Below are positions 1 through 12,900 of a stretch of DNA of 64,000 bases, one piece after another (position 1 is the first letter of the stretch; each line of letters opens with the position of its first letter). Location of the stretch: the NCBI GenBank assembly GCA_004764695.1, contig SMSO01000014.1:1421648-1485647 (forward strand), in the 5' to 3' direction. Under the pieces are notes generated by a model, which worked only from the letters and a program-made list of their open reading frames with translations, was not told the origin of the DNA and did not search any database. Both the position numbers and the translations under genes were made by a program. Source of the stretch: Schizochytrium sp. TIO01. Its lineage: Eukaryota; Protista; Bigyra: Labyrinthulomycetes.

Positions 1-1327
1 GTCTGTGATAAGCAACTATAAAGAAATCTTATTGCCAACTAAATGCCAAAGTACCTTTCAATTTAAAAGTTAAAATTTATAACTTAAAGAAAATGGAAAA
101 TATTTTAATTTTTGTTTTTCAAGTTACTTTTTGAGGGGAGGAAATTGTATATATATTAAAGTTTTAAATTAAACATATACCTTCTAATATTTACAACTTC
201 GACGTTTACGTTATTTCAGGATCAGCGGATGGGCTAATGTCCTGGTCTCTTGCAAACTGCCTATATGCTAGTTTTGATTGTCAATGAACAATACGCATGC
301 GAGTGTTACTTTATTTTATTTTGAATCCTTTAAAAATAAACTTTTTTACCTCTGACAGGTAATGCTTAGCAGTGAAACAGGTAATTGTTAGGTTGCCATT
401 ATAGATCTGCGCTACTCTTGTAACAGAATCAATAATTAGTACTCTAGGTTCGACATAGGCTGACATTGGGTAATGGTTCCATACATCATATACACACACG
501 TCTACACAAAAATATATCGACTATATGCCTGTTTATGCATTGAGTCTTCACAAATTATATACTAAGTTACGTAACATGTATAGGGCTGCCTGATGCTATT
601 TATGTGCTTGCAATTTGCATCTGGTTTAATTTGCGTTGTTTTTATAACAAACTCTTTAAATATGTCTCGTATAACGAATAAGAGACTCGAAAGCCTGAGA
701 ATCATTGCAGCAACCGCCTTCACACTGTTGGAACAGCTTAATAGTCGACGTTCCTTGATATGCAGTAGTTCTGCTAAGCACTCTCTAGCACCTTTGCCAT
801 CGACTTCAGCCTCTCTGTTTTCAATTTTTCGACTCTCCGTCTCTCTCAACAACAAATAAATCCATTGTCTCACTGACCGACTGGCATCGACGTTTATAGA
901 AAGACTTATGAGAGGAGAGCATAAATTGCTCCGCCACAGCCATCTCGACGTACACTCACTTCTCAATGACTTTGCCATCTTGTTCCCCCTCACAGCGACA
1001 ATTTTTTTTTATGATCTTCCAAGCAATGCCTCCCTTAACAGGGGACCACGATAGCTGTTGCTGCTTTGACTTGGAAAAGAGGGGTTGAATTTTTCGAGCA
1101 ATTACACGCCATGGTGTATACCTGTGTCTTATGCCCTCTTTGTCATTTGTAGTCGCCCTAGGCAGCTTGCACTCACATGATGGTTTGCAAGCATTAGTCT
1201 TTTTTTGTCAAATTCTGTTTCTGTTTCTTTTTTAATTTGTTTTTAAATTTTTTTGAAATTAATGATATATATATATATTTTTAATTGGAGCTTTTCCTAA
1301 TTAAAATTAAAACTATTCTTCTTTCAA

Positions 1328-1381
1328 AAATAAATAAATAAATATATATATATATATGATGTCATAATAGCAGTAGTAGTA

Positions 1382-1416
<35 letters not shown>
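1328..1416. repeat. Compound AT-rich microsatellite (TAAA)n/(TA)n/(TAG)n/(TAA)n
   Basis: Directly visible: taaataaata, tatatatata, agtagtagt, taataataataa. Confidence 0.9.
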
Positions 1417-2767
1417 TCTCTATAAGGTCAACTAAACACCCGTTTGAAAGCTTGAAGGGCCCCTGCTTGACATACCTGTAAAGCAACCGGCCCCTCACCA
1501 CCCCCACTCTATTATTGATCGGCGGGATGCTTGATGCTAAGTGGGTATACAGTGCCTTTCAATCGAGAACAGTACCTCGAGGCCTTTCTGGCTGATTCTG
1601 GAAACCGAAGAGACCCGCTTCCTCAACACCCTGCGAGCATTCTTGTAGTTTGCAAACATTCTTCCCGATTATAACCTCGAATTATTCAACCACCCAAGCC
1701 AGCTTATAACAAGCCCACTCCTAACAAGCTCACGAAGCGCAATAAACACCCAGTTCCATTGCCTGCCATTCAAGTCAGCGATCCCCCCCCCCCGCAATCG
1801 CCTCCCGCCCGCCCAGAGAGGTCCTCTCAAACAGAACTGGCGGAAACCCGCCATTTCAGAATGTCTGAAAAGACCATTTTGACGTGCCTGGCCTGAGCTT
1901 TCGGCCTCAAAGACTTCCAATGGCAGCTCTACATTCTAAGTGCGCCTATTGGCGCAACTCCAGACAACAAATTCACTCGCCCTCTCATCGCCTTCTGGCA
2001 TTTGGCAATGTTGGGCCTCTGGTCCACAGCCCCTCTCAGAGTTGCCAAAACACCCTGCTCCCTCCCCGAGGCCTAAGCCTAACTAACAGCTCCACTAAGA
2101 CCCAGAGCATCTCGGTGCTTGTCCTCGGTCGTAGCGCTGCGCACAAATAAAAATAAGTCACTTATGGTGGTCTAACATAAACGAGGATATTCTTGCCACC
2201 AAGGATATCCTGGCTTTATTAAACGAGGATATCCTAGTTTACATGCTTGGTGATTTTGGCTTGAGATTGATAGCAAGGGAAGCAAAGATCGACGCCGCCA
2301 TCGCGCAGAGCAACCGCCGCGGCGCAGCGACGTCGTGCGCATAGCTGGCCGACAGTGAGCGGCCTTAAAAGAGCTTCGTTTCTGCGCTAGGTCCCAAACT
2401 GCGGAGAATAACGCCCAGCTTCACGAAAAGCAAAGGGATTCAAACGTCTTAGATTGTCGGGCTGTCCTTGTTGAATAGCCTCCACTTCGAAAACAGCGAC
2501 AACAAGAAAGATATTGAGATTGGTAAAACTCTGGAGACGCCGTATTGAGTCTGCGTTCGTCCCCCACAAAAGGCTTAGCGTGCCTACTTCAGCTGTCAGA
2601 GAGCTTCCACTGGCTCAAAGAAGCGTTGTCAAGAACGTCATCGTTGGGATCACTAGTCAGGAAGAACGGAGAATCTATCATCGGGCACACGCTTACACTA
2701 GATTAAAGATAGAATCGTGCAAATCTGTGCTTTAATAATTCTCATTTGAGCGCATCAATACGCCAAA

Positions 2768-5700
2768 ATGGCCAATACACTGCACCAGTTTGAGTTTGTG
2801 CAGGTGGACCAGAAGAACGAGATCAATCCCACCAGAATTGAAACTCTTGCTAAGTCGCTCGGTAGTGATGAGACCAAGTGGGCGCAATGTTGGCTTGAGC
2901 TCACCTGGCTTGCGATCGATGGCATTATGCCTGCAGAAAAGGTTGTTTCCTGTATGCGTGGCCTCGCAACCGCTGCAGCATCAATAAAACCTGCATCGAA
3001 AATTCCAGAGGCACTCTGGTTTGTAGGTATGGAGGTTCGCAATTTTGAGTCTGAAGAAGAAAAAATGCTCAGTGCAGAGTGGAAACGACTTGTGTCCCTC
3101 GTTAATGCTGTCATGCAAGCTGGTATTGTTGATAAGGCGGCACTTCTCGAGCAGCTTGAATTTGACCTCATCGGAGCTTGCGGTTGGGGGCCAAACTTGT
3201 CGCTAGAAAAACTCAATAAGGCGATGGTAAAAGCAAATACAAACGCTCTCTATCGCCAACGCAAATATAATCTTCTGGGAGAGGAAAGCGAAGGCTTCGC
3301 CAAACTTATCACCGAACTTGAAACCTTGCACGCTGGAAACATTTCTGCGGTGGTGGAAAATATGCAACGTCTCATTGGTTACTTTCGCTTAGACCCCAAT
3401 CGTGTGTTTGACATTATTCTCGAGGTGTTTGAGACAGACCCTGACAATGAGGCTTTCATCCCTCTCCTATCTCATTTCCGTATCTCTAACCTCAAACAGC
3501 TCCTTGGGTTTAAATTCCAAGCATACCACCCGCCTCCTGCAGCTGTTCCAGCCAGTCAGGACACCGCTGCTGACACAATCAGCCAACCAGGAGCAGACGC
3601 CACGACCGCTTCGCCTAACACGACAGCAGACCTCCCCAAACCAACCCCACTTTCACTGTACTTGCTTACTGCGAAACTTTGTGTTCGTGGTGACAAAAAA
3701 TTACTTGCATTGCAAGATATTATGCCTCATCTCTACCCCCCCCCTCGTGACCTCAGCGCTATGGCACGGGAGCGGGAGCGCCGCATTCATCAGTCTATGC
3801 GTGAAATCGGTGTTGTGCACTTGCGAACTCGTACACCAGAGGAGATCATGGCTGAAGAGCAAGAGAAAATGGCAAAGCAGGCTGCTCTTAAGGCCCGCAT
3901 TGACTTCGAAGATATTACAAATCAAAAGTACGGCCTTGTCGCAGGCTTCCTTGCTGCCGGGTATTGGGATGAGGCGTTGGAGCTTGCATCTTCTTTGAAC
4001 ACAGATGCGGCTTTCGACCATCCTCAGGTACTTAGCGTTCTCTTTGCTCAGCTTCATGCTGCGGTGGAACCACTGTATCGATCTTTTAGGGTACCCCTTG
4101 GCGCACTCACTGCTCAGCTCAAGGCTAACAACAAGGATTTTGCATCGAATGATTCGGCAAACTCAATGGCGGAAACTACCAGTCGCTTTTCTCCTGTGCA
4201 CACCCTGGATGAGTTCTTTGAACGCCTCAGCGATGTACTTGGAGTTCTGGGCCATCGCATCCACAAGGACGTCGTGTTGCTGACCAAAATTGTCCGTATC
4301 GCCCGTGCACAAGCTACAGCGCCAGGCGATGTAACTGTTGCCCGCAAGCGAAAACTCATCCGCATGGTGAGCCACACCCTCTTACCAGGTGCAACTTTGC
4401 TGTCTACACCAAACCCCCCTTTGATGTTGGAGCTTTGGGAGACCATCAAGGACTTCCCTTTTACTGTTCGCTTTGACCTCTATGAAATCCAACGCTCTGA
4501 CCTATATGAGCGTGTACCCGACCTCAAAATGGCTCGTGTACAGACTGCTCATGAGGCTAAGCAAACATTGAAACGTGTAGCAAATAATAAAGAGGTGATG
4601 CGTCTCATCTCCAGACGACTTGGTAAGCTCTCGCACAACAGTCCAATTGTGACCCTCAGTGCAATTCTGAAAAACATCCAAGCATATGATAATTTGATTG
4701 GAAGTATGGTAGATGCCATCAAGTATCTCTCACCTCTTTCTTATGACGTTCTAGCGTACCTGCTAATTGTCTTTCTAGGCAAGGATGAGTCGCTTAAAAT
4801 CAAAGACGACGGCCAGTCTCACTCGAATTGGCTTCAAGCGCTTTGCAAATTCGCGGGATTCTTTTATGCGAAATATCCCACTGTAGAACTCCGTGGACTT
4901 TTTGAGTACCTTGCTCGTCAACTCAGTCTAAAACAGACTCTAGATTTACTTACTCTCGAGGAACTCATCTCTCGCATGGCTGGTCTAGAAATTATTGAGA
5001 ATGTATCTGACGCGACTCTCGCTGCTATGGGTGGCGGTGAGAAACTCCGGACCCAGATTCGGGCTGCGATGGGCACAACAAATATTATCAAGAAAAAACC
5101 TATTAATGCGTTGCGTTCTGTTCTTGAAGAGAACAGCTTGATCATGCCTTTGCTTGTTCTCATTGCCCAGCAACAGCAAACTACTCTCTTTGATGCGAAA
5201 GATAAGAACCTTAAGCTTGTTGGTCACAAGCACGATAAATGTGCTTCTGTGTTGGAGCAGTTTGTGGAGTTTCTGGCTCTCCAGGTACCTGTGCAAGAGC
5301 TTGCTGATAAGCACATGCTTCCAGTCGCTGAACTATGTGAACGTTTCCACATTGAACCTGTTGTAGCGTTTCATATTGTTCGTCCTCTTATTGCAGCAGC
5401 CCTGCATCAAGTATTCTTTGCCGATTCTGACAGCGCCTTCAAAGGCTCATGCGCAGAATCGCGTTGGTCTTTGAAGGACGAGGCTTTACGACGCTGGCGC
5501 CCAGATAGCACTGAACTTCGTGACATGGCACAAGCTCAAATTAATGCACGAACAAAGCGCAAACTTTTATCTCCCGATCTCTACCTTATGTTTTGGTCTC
5601 TACAGCTGTACGATATCTCTGTCCCTCGTGCGCAGTATGATGAGGAGATCGAACGTCTCAAGGAACGTGCCTCTGGACTAAAATCTGGCGCGATTGACCC

Positions 5701-7630
5701 AGGTCTTACCGACAAAAAGCGTAAAGTTGAAGTTCAACGATGTGAAGATAGCATCGACCCGCTTGAACAAGAACTTCATCAGCAAACCGAAAACCGTACT
5801 TTCGTTCTTAAACACTTTGACGCCGGCAAAGCTTCTTGGATCCCCATTCACAATAGTGATGGCGAGCCTATCCCCGCGCCTGTCAATCTTTTTGCTCTGA
5901 CAGAGTTTCTTCATGTGTGTATTTTGCCCCGTGCACTGTACTCCATGACAGATGCCCTTTATTCCGCACGATTCATTCGTCTTTTACACGATCGTAATGT
6001 TCCCAATTGCCCAACTGCGTTTATCTACAAAAAGGCACTGCAATTTGTAGTTGCTAATATGGTATGTGTCACAGAAAGGGAAGCTGAAAACCTTGGTATC
6101 TTCCTCAAGAACCTATTAGACCATCTTGCAGCCTGGTGCAAAGATCGAAAGACTTTTCAGGCTCAGTTTGAGTCCAAGTCGGGTGCCTTTCGTAAATTTA
6201 CTGATCCGTCTTCTCCCAAGATCTCCTTTGATGAATTCACCAAGCTTGTACGTAAGTTTCATGAAAACATCATGAACTTAAGTATTAGCTCTCTAGCGTC
6301 AAGTTCGTACATGCAGATTCGGACCGCCCTTCTCATCACCGCAAAGATTGGGGATCTTTTTCCAACTCATAAATCATCTGCCTTGGCTCTCCGGAAAGAG
6401 GCAAAGAAACTCATTGAAACGGATGGTCGCCAAGACATTGTTACAATGGCACGTCGCTACGAGGCCTTCTTAGATAGCCGAATTCGTGGCGACAAACTTG
6501 TCCTTGACGTTAAAGATTCGCCTAGTGATAAAAAGCCTCTTGCCAAAAAAGGGGACTCCGGAGAGTCTAATAGCAAGAAGTCCGAAAACACCCTTGCTCA
6601 AGAAGCAACTTCGACTAGTTCCTCTGAAAATGCGAGCAAGACCTCCGGCAAGGAATCGAGTGATAAATCACAGAGTGAGAAGTCGACGGCAGCCTCGAAT
6701 CGTAATACTAATAGTAAGTCGTCCAAGAATAGTAACCAAGGAAAACCTAAAGACAATGGTAACAACAAACAGTCAGCTGCGGGAGGTACAACAAAGGCTA
6801 GTGTTAACAAGTCAGGGCCTGGCAGTCAAAACAGGAATAAGGACGGTAGAGATATCTCTGAAACTACCAAGAGTGCAGTTGTCGCAGGCAATAATAATAG
6901 CAACGCCGCACCTACTGCTAGTAGTAGCAGCAGCAGCAGCAGCAACGAAAACCTCAACAAGGGTGCGAGCAGCGATGCGCAATCTCAGAATAAGGGAGCA
7001 GCTAAGAAGCGGGCGCGTGACGATTCGTCTCCTTCACGCTCTCGTGGCAATGATGGCGCGGACTCAAAGCGCGCACGGGTTGATCAAGATCGAAGGTCCC
7101 CTTCACGACCATCCAGAACTGATCGTTCAGGGCGTCGTGGAGGGCGCAACGCATCACCATCAAGTTCACATTATCGTGGGGATGACCGTCGTGATTGGGG
7201 AAGAGATCACCGCGACCGCTATCCTCGGGACCGCGACAATCGGGATTGGGAGTACCGTGACCCTCGGGATCGCGATTTCCGTGATAACCGTGATACTAGA
7301 GGTCGTAACCGCGATCATGGTCGCGATGCTTCACGGTCCCGTGGTGATCGCCGAGATTCGCCCGCAAGGCCAGACAGCCGGAACAGTGGTCCAAGCGGTC
7401 CAAACTCCACTGCTGGAAACACCAACAACAATAACAACAAACCTACCAACTCAAACAAAGATGGCCCGCGCAACACCGGCAGCGGCGACAACAACAACAC
7501 CAACAACAACAATAACAACAACAACAACAACAACTATAACAACGGCAATAACAACAAAGGCAGAAATGATGGAGGAGCCAGACGTGGCCGGCGGCGAGGT
7601 GGCGGCGGCGTTGGTGGCGGGCGGCGCTAA
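2768..7630 (+). CDS. THO2: THO complex subunit 2 (THOC2/Tho2), TREX mRNA export
   Basis: 1620-aa single-exon ORF with Tho2 signature motifs: LYRQRKYNLLGEESEGFAKLI, LIGYFRLDPNRVFDIILE, LGKLSHNSP, IQAYDNLI, KYLSPLSYDVL, FWSLQLYDISVP, YMQIRTAL. Low-complexity S/K, RD-dipeptide, poly-N and RGG C-terminus. Confidence 0.95.
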   Translation: MANTLHQFEFVQVDQKNEINPTRIETLAKSLGSDETKWAQCWLELTWLAIDGIMPAEKVVSCMRGLATAAASIKPASKIPEALWFVGMEVRNFESEEEKMLSAEWKRLVSLVNAVMQAGIVDKAALLEQLEFDLIGACGWGPNLSLEKLNKAMVKANTNALYRQRKYNLLGEESEGFAKLITELETLHAGNISAVVENMQRLIGYFRLDPNRVFDIILEVFETDPDNEAFIPLLSHFRISNLKQLLGFKFQAYHPPPAAVPASQDTAADTISQPGADATTASPNTTADLPKPTPLSLYLLTAKLCVRGDKKLLALQDIMPHLYPPPRDLSAMARERERRIHQSMREIGVVHLRTRTPEEIMAEEQEKMAKQAALKARIDFEDITNQKYGLVAGFLAAGYWDEALELASSLNTDAAFDHPQVLSVLFAQLHAAVEPLYRSFRVPLGALTAQLKANNKDFASNDSANSMAETTSRFSPVHTLDEFFERLSDVLGVLGHRIHKDVVLLTKIVRIARAQATAPGDVTVARKRKLIRMVSHTLLPGATLLSTPNPPLMLELWETIKDFPFTVRFDLYEIQRSDLYERVPDLKMARVQTAHEAKQTLKRVANNKEVMRLISRRLGKLSHNSPIVTLSAILKNIQAYDNLIGSMVDAIKYLSPLSYDVLAYLLIVFLGKDESLKIKDDGQSHSNWLQALCKFAGFFYAKYPTVELRGLFEYLARQLSLKQTLDLLTLEELISRMAGLEIIENVSDATLAAMGGGEKLRTQIRAAMGTTNIIKKKPINALRSVLEENSLIMPLLVLIAQQQQTTLFDAKDKNLKLVGHKHDKCASVLEQFVEFLALQVPVQELADKHMLPVAELCERFHIEPVVAFHIVRPLIAAALHQVFFADSDSAFKGSCAESRWSLKDEALRRWRPDSTELRDMAQAQINARTKRKLLSPDLYLMFWSLQLYDISVPRAQYDEEIERLKERASGLKSGAIDPGLTDKKRKVEVQRCEDSIDPLEQELHQQTENRTFVLKHFDAGKASWIPIHNSDGEPIPAPVNLFALTEFLHVCILPRALYSMTDALYSARFIRLLHDRNVPNCPTAFIYKKALQFVVANMVCVTEREAENLGIFLKNLLDHLAAWCKDRKTFQAQFESKSGAFRKFTDPSSPKISFDEFTKLVRKFHENIMNLSISSLASSSYMQIRTALLITAKIGDLFPTHKSSALALRKEAKKLIETDGRQDIVTMARRYEAFLDSRIRGDKLVLDVKDSPSDKKPLAKKGDSGESNSKKSENTLAQEATSTSSSENASKTSGKESSDKSQSEKSTAASNRNTNSKSSKNSNQGKPKDNGNNKQSAAGGTTKASVNKSGPGSQNRNKDGRDISETTKSAVVAGNNNSNAAPTASSSSSSSSNENLNKGASSDAQSQNKGAAKKRARDDSSPSRSRGNDGADSKRARVDQDRRSPSRPSRTDRSGRRGGRNASPSSSHYRGDDRRDWGRDHRDRYPRDRDNRDWEYRDPRDRDFRDNRDTRGRNRDHGRDASRSRGDRRDSPARPDSRNSGPSGPNSTAGNTNNNNNKPTNSNKDGPRNTGSGDNNNTNNNNNNNNNNNYNNGNNNKGRNDGGARRGRRRGGGGVGGGRR
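7422..7557 (+). repeat. Coding (AAC)n microsatellite encoding poly-Asn in the THO2 tail
   Basis: aacaacaacaataacaac tracts translate to NNNN runs. Confidence 0.85.
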
Positions 7631-8058
7631 GGAATTGTCAAGCCTTAACGCGTTCTGTCTTGGCATAATAAATAGGCTAGAAAAAACAAACCGATGTATT
7701 ACTTTTGAGCGATGATTCTTCTTAACACAAATAATGGGTTAGGCTTGATATGCAGCACATGCGTTTCTGTGCTGGAGAGGAAGGCTAGTCAGTAGCCTAA
7801 AGTGGAACTGAATAATTTTAAAATTATTTCAAGATTGCAAACCTTGAATTTTCCTCCTGTTTGATTGATACACCTTTTCTTTTTCTTTTTCTTTTTTGAA
7901 TTCTGCGACACACGATTTCTCCCACCAGATCAGAACCAACGTGTCTTTTTTATATTGGTTATCCCAGTGTAACTCCATGGTAGCATCTGTATCCGTATCT
8001 TTATTTGAAGATACAAGCGTACAAGAATGCGTGAGGCGAATCGTTGAAATATATTGCT

Positions 8059-8757
8059 TTAGTGAGGTCGTCTTGCGCGGATGACATCAGGATTGTTCAC
8101 AACCGAGTCAATGAGCCAACGAATACCTTCCTCAATTCCCGAGCAAGTAAGAGCACTCACTGACTGCAGTCTGCGGTCTCGCCTTCGACCCATAGTGGAG
8201 CGATGAGTATCCAGTCCAAGTGGATGGGCGTCGCCCCCGTTCGTCAGGGTTCCTGCGTCGCCAGCAACATTTGCTGCATGCTTTGGCGCATCGTCGGTGA
8301 TTTGGAAGTAGGCATCAATTTCCTCGTAGCTTCTGGCAGTGGCCAGATCTTGTTTATTTGCACACACTAGTAATGGTACACCAGCGAGCTCTGGGTGGTC
8401 CACGAGGGACTCCATTGCTGCCTTGGCCTCTTCGAAGCGATCAGTGTCAGCCGAGTCAAGCACGAAAACAAGCCCGTGTGCCTCAGAGTAATACTTATCC
8501 CATATTGATCGCAAGGCGATCTGACCTCCAAGGTCCCAAAAGATTACGCGGCAATTGTTGATGTCCATCCGCCCAATGTTTAGACCCACGGTCGGAGGAA
8601 TCTTGTCTAGTGGGATCTGATTTGCTGATTTCTGAAAAATACCTTTCATTTGCTCAAGTAAAGTTGTCTTGCCGGCGTGGTCTAGGCCAATGATAAGAAT
8701 TTGTACTTCAGTCTTGGAGAACAGCCATTTAAAGAAACCTGACAACAGGGAAAACAT
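8059..8757 (-). CDS. ARFRP1: ADP-ribosylation factor-related protein 1 (ARFRP1/Arl3p-like small GTPase)
   Basis: N-terminus MFSLLSGFFKWLF (non-myristoylated ARFRP1 type), G1 GLDHAGKTT, PTVGLNIG, WDLGGQ, NKQD, SAL. Confidence 0.92.
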   Translation of the reverse strand: MFSLLSGFFKWLFSKTEVQILIIGLDHAGKTTLLEQMKGIFQKSANQIPLDKIPPTVGLNIGRMDINNCRVIFWDLGGQIALRSIWDKYYSEAHGLVFVLDSADTDRFEEAKAAMESLVDHPELAGVPLLVCANKQDLATARSYEEIDAYFQITDDAPKHAANVAGDAGTLTNGGDAHPLGLDTHRSTMGRRRDRRLQSVSALTCSGIEEGIRWLIDSVVNNPDVIRARRPH

Positions 8758-9905
8758 CGCGCTCCAAATCTGTAACTTGGCGCAGCCTCAAACGGTCCTT
8801 CTCAAACCTTTTACACGCCCAGCTGACCCTGCCCGGCCTCAAAGGTTATCTTGCCGCAGAGATAACAGCTCAAGCTCTCTCGAATGACACTAGCACCGTA
8901 GCAACGTTCACTTCGACTAGCGTCGTTGAGCAAGAGGCAACGGCCTACGACTGACAAAAGTAGATAATAGATAGATCGCAGGGCAACTCAAAGAGATTTG
9001 CAGCTCCCTGCACGTCGCCGCCTTTTAGCCCAACGTGGACTCGCGACGACGAAGAGGCCAAGTTCAAGACGCGGCAGTGCCGCTCACAAGCCGCTCAGAG
9101 CCCGCCGACGCGGCCTCTGTAGCAGCCTCGCGTCGAGTTGCCACCGAGGTTTTCGATTTAGTTGCACTCCTTCTTTAGCCGAATACGAAATGAAGATGAT
9201 CGAGCCCCACTAAGACTCACTTAATTGCAAATAGACCTTCATGAAGAGTAATTGTCAACGGGAAGATGCGCTACACAGTTGGTTAGAGTATAAATACTAT
9301 AGAGCAAACATGAAATCTACAATGAGTTATAGGCTATAACCTACTTATGGGTTGCTTTGGCCTTCTGTGTGGAGCTGGCTCGATAGGACTCCATATAAGA
9401 TGCAAATAAACTTTACTGAGTGAGCGCTCGATACTCCGACATTCACGAACCTACGGTCACTCACATGCAGGTAGCTACGCGAGCTTGTGAGAGCACAAGC
9501 AGAGAGTTGAGTAGGATCGAGACTCTCGCTGAAGGTTGTTGAGGTACTTGGAGAGATAAATCTTGACACAGCGAAGGGAAATCGAACAAGCAATGTATTG
9601 AGAAGGCATTGGAACTGGCTGGATTTGATAGTAGATACATACATATTGCCTAGAAATTGTAAAAAATAATTAATAGGCTTCCTAATAAAGACCTTTGCTT
9701 CAGACCTGCTGAGCGATTACAGAGGGGTCTTACGAGGTCTTGTTAACTCACATTGACCTACTGGTAACACTTGAATGATCTGAACGTGCGATGAGGTTTA
9801 GGTTTTGTAAAGTACATGAAAATAAATAAAGAGTTATTCAATAAATCAAAAAATTGAAACGAAGTACAATTAGAAGGCGTCCAAATGAATGCAACACAAA
9901 GCAAA

Positions 9906-12900
9906 CTAAACGATTGGCATCGCAGAAGGAGATGACGAAGACGACGATTGCAATGGAGGTGGGGAAGTATCTTCAAGAAAATCTTGAGCAAAACGTTGCA
10001 TGTCGGACTTAAGCTCATCTGTAGTCTCCCAGGTCGTTGGCTGACAATGGACGGCAGTGAAAAGAGAGCTATCGCTATTTGCAGCGCTATGCTCCAAGGT
10101 TGAGATTGCTTGATTATTCAGTTGACCTAAAGCACGCACCTCCTGCACCCGAGAATACTCTGTTCGTACACTACTGAGCTTCGATAACTGTGAAGGAGAC
10201 ATGTCAAAAGGTGGTGGGATACCTAAAAACCTTGAGGCCAAAATTCGCACTACTGGGAAAGCAGAACTATGACGCTTCCAGAATTCGAACGCAGCATTTT
10301 GTGTCGATGCTAGGAAGGGATCGCGAAGTGACATGCCTGTTGGGTGCATCGTACCCCACTTTACAGACAGAGAGAACCATCGCTGCAACTCGTCATTTTC
10401 GAAGTTGTACTGGTAAGGTACCTCAAATAAATCTGTATTAATTGCATGTGAAACCAGGATATCCGATGTAGTATTGTCTGTGAGTGGCCTCCAGTCTACC
10501 ATGTCAAATACCTTAGTTGACTCTACAACAGTGTCGCGTACTACGTTCACTTGATCATAAGTTTCACCAAAGGCAAGCTCGAAGTAATCAGTGGCGCGAT
10601 CGAGCTGTAATTGAAACCCTTTGTGTAAACGCATATATGGCATCCCTAGACTGACAAATACAGGATCACAAATCATAGCAATTCTTTGATCGCGAGTCAG
10701 TCCGCTATCAACCATACGATCAATTTCGAGAGCCAAGGTTTTGCGCAAAGCTTGTGCAACTGCATCTAGATGGGCCATGTGTCTTGCATCATCAGGAGGC
10801 ATATAGTACTCAGTAAATCCTTCAAGGGGGTCGGTATATACATTCTGTCGGCTAAAGGGTAAACCACGTGGGTCTTGTACAGTGTTAAGGCGTTGTGTAT
10901 CATAGCCGTCTATAATACCAAGTCTGTACTGACTCAAAAGAAATCGAGCCCGTAGTAATGAGAGTATGGCAAGGCCGGATGTTGGTGTGACATGGACCGG
11001 GAATTGTACAGACAAAGCGGCATTCAGCACAGCTTCTAAGTGTACGATTTGTTGCCACCAGCTATCAAGCGACCAGTTCTCATTCTGCAGCATGGCCTGC
11101 TGCTGACTCAATAAAGATGACTGGATGGCATGCCGTTCTAGAATGAGTGCCTGCAAAAGACGCCACGGGGAGTTCTCATTCACCGAGAGCAATGGCGAAG
11201 AGCTTGGATCTGACAGTTGAGATGCAATTGCTGCCCATAGAGGTGAGTAGCCGGAACGAATTTCCCGCAGTAGCATTCTAGCTTGACGAATTAAGTTGTG
11301 TGCCACACGTAAATCAGCATCACTTTCCCTGAGGTTATTCTCAGGGTCATCTATACCTTCAAGGTGCTCTCTTGAATTTCCAGATACATCATCCGCAATC
11401 AACAACTTGTACACAAACTGCTCAAGTTGATGTCCTTCAGGGATTGACTGCCGACGGTCAACGTGAAGATAGTTTAAATCAAGCCCCAACGTCTCGATTC
11501 GTCGCCGCATGATTGGCATATATCGACCAACTGCAACAGTCATGTGGATCAGCTCCCAGCATCGTGGATCAACCCATGAAAGTACCGCAACAGGTATTCC
11601 TCCGGGAAGAGTCTCATACTGCACACCAAATGACCCTACCTCTGCAAAATGGTCCTCGGGACGAAAGCTTTGTCTCTGTGCATGAAGAGACTCTTTGAGA
11701 ATAGCAAGTTGTCGAGCAAATTCACTATAGTAATCATGATCACCAAATTGAAGCACTTGCGATGTAAAATCAATGCGAAGTCGGGCTGCAGCCTCAAGCA
11801 TCGTTTGCAGAACATTGGATTGACTTGCAAGATGGGGAAGACCTGCAGACATGAGGAACTGAAGAGTTCGATGGCGTAAACCCTGCCCCAGAGCTGAGCC
11901 TGAAAGTTTATGCAGGCTCTGTGCCGGCACATGATGAAGGCTTGAATCTTGAGTTTGACTCATATCAGAATTTTCACCCAATGAAGAGCTGTTTGAAACT
12001 AGCTGGTGTGTGGTTTTCTGACGTTTACGTGGTTGCATAACAAATGAACTAGTGGAAGAGCTCGACTGATTTATCACGGGTTGTAGACCAGAAGAACTAT
12101 CATTTCTGTTGGCTTCTTCCACGCCCGTAGATGGTTTTAATGTCACAGATTTTGCATGTCTCGGCTGACTAGCCCCAAGAATTCCTCTGACTCGAGCTTC
12201 CTCCTCGGCGGGCATAGAAATAGATGAGCTATCGACAGAACTTAAGGATACAGCTGTTGCATGCAAACCTGGCATAGAGCTTAATGATGTATTGCTCATT
12301 GATTCGTGAGAGTTGTTTGAAGCTGTCTGTGATGCCTCTTGCACTACTACCTGAGCGCGCTTATGCCGAAGTGCATTCCACTCGTCCTTGTGATTATTTA
12401 TCATATGAGAGTTAGCATTTGCGCTTTTGGCCCTACCATCCGTATAGTATACTGCCACAAGGCAATCTTGCCATGGACGTTGGGCGCCAATACAAAGTGA
12501 GCACACATGCGTGCACAACGAGGCAGATTTGTTTGTTTGTGGCACCTCAAGTTTTAAGATGTGATCCCACGCGGGTGCTCGTTTATCCTCCTTATGATAC
12601 ATACGGAGCAATCCAGGATACCGAGATCGAACAAGAACATCAACGAATTGTGTATAAGCATCAACAGATTCAAAAAGTTGGCCTTGCAAGTCTGCTACAC
12701 TAGTGGTGAACTCCAAATTTTGCCATACTTGAGACTTGCGATGCTTTACGCGTACTTTGAAGAGTGCGTTCACGCCCTGTGCAAATTTACCGTGCTTGTT
12801 TATAGCAGACGGCATATTTGTTGCATTGCCAGTAGTGGTACTATTTGTTTGTTGATGTTGCTGTTGATGGTCATGTTGCATAATTTGATCCTGATCATGT

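Noticed and set aside
562-993. 143-aa - strand and 88-aa + strand ORFs at the window start
   Set aside because: No recognisable motif, and the longer ORF has a non-ATG start; not supportable as genes.
6486-7715. 409-aa alternative-frame ORF over the THO2 tail
   Set aside because: Arises from low-complexity repeats that lack stops; starts at GTG, not ATG.
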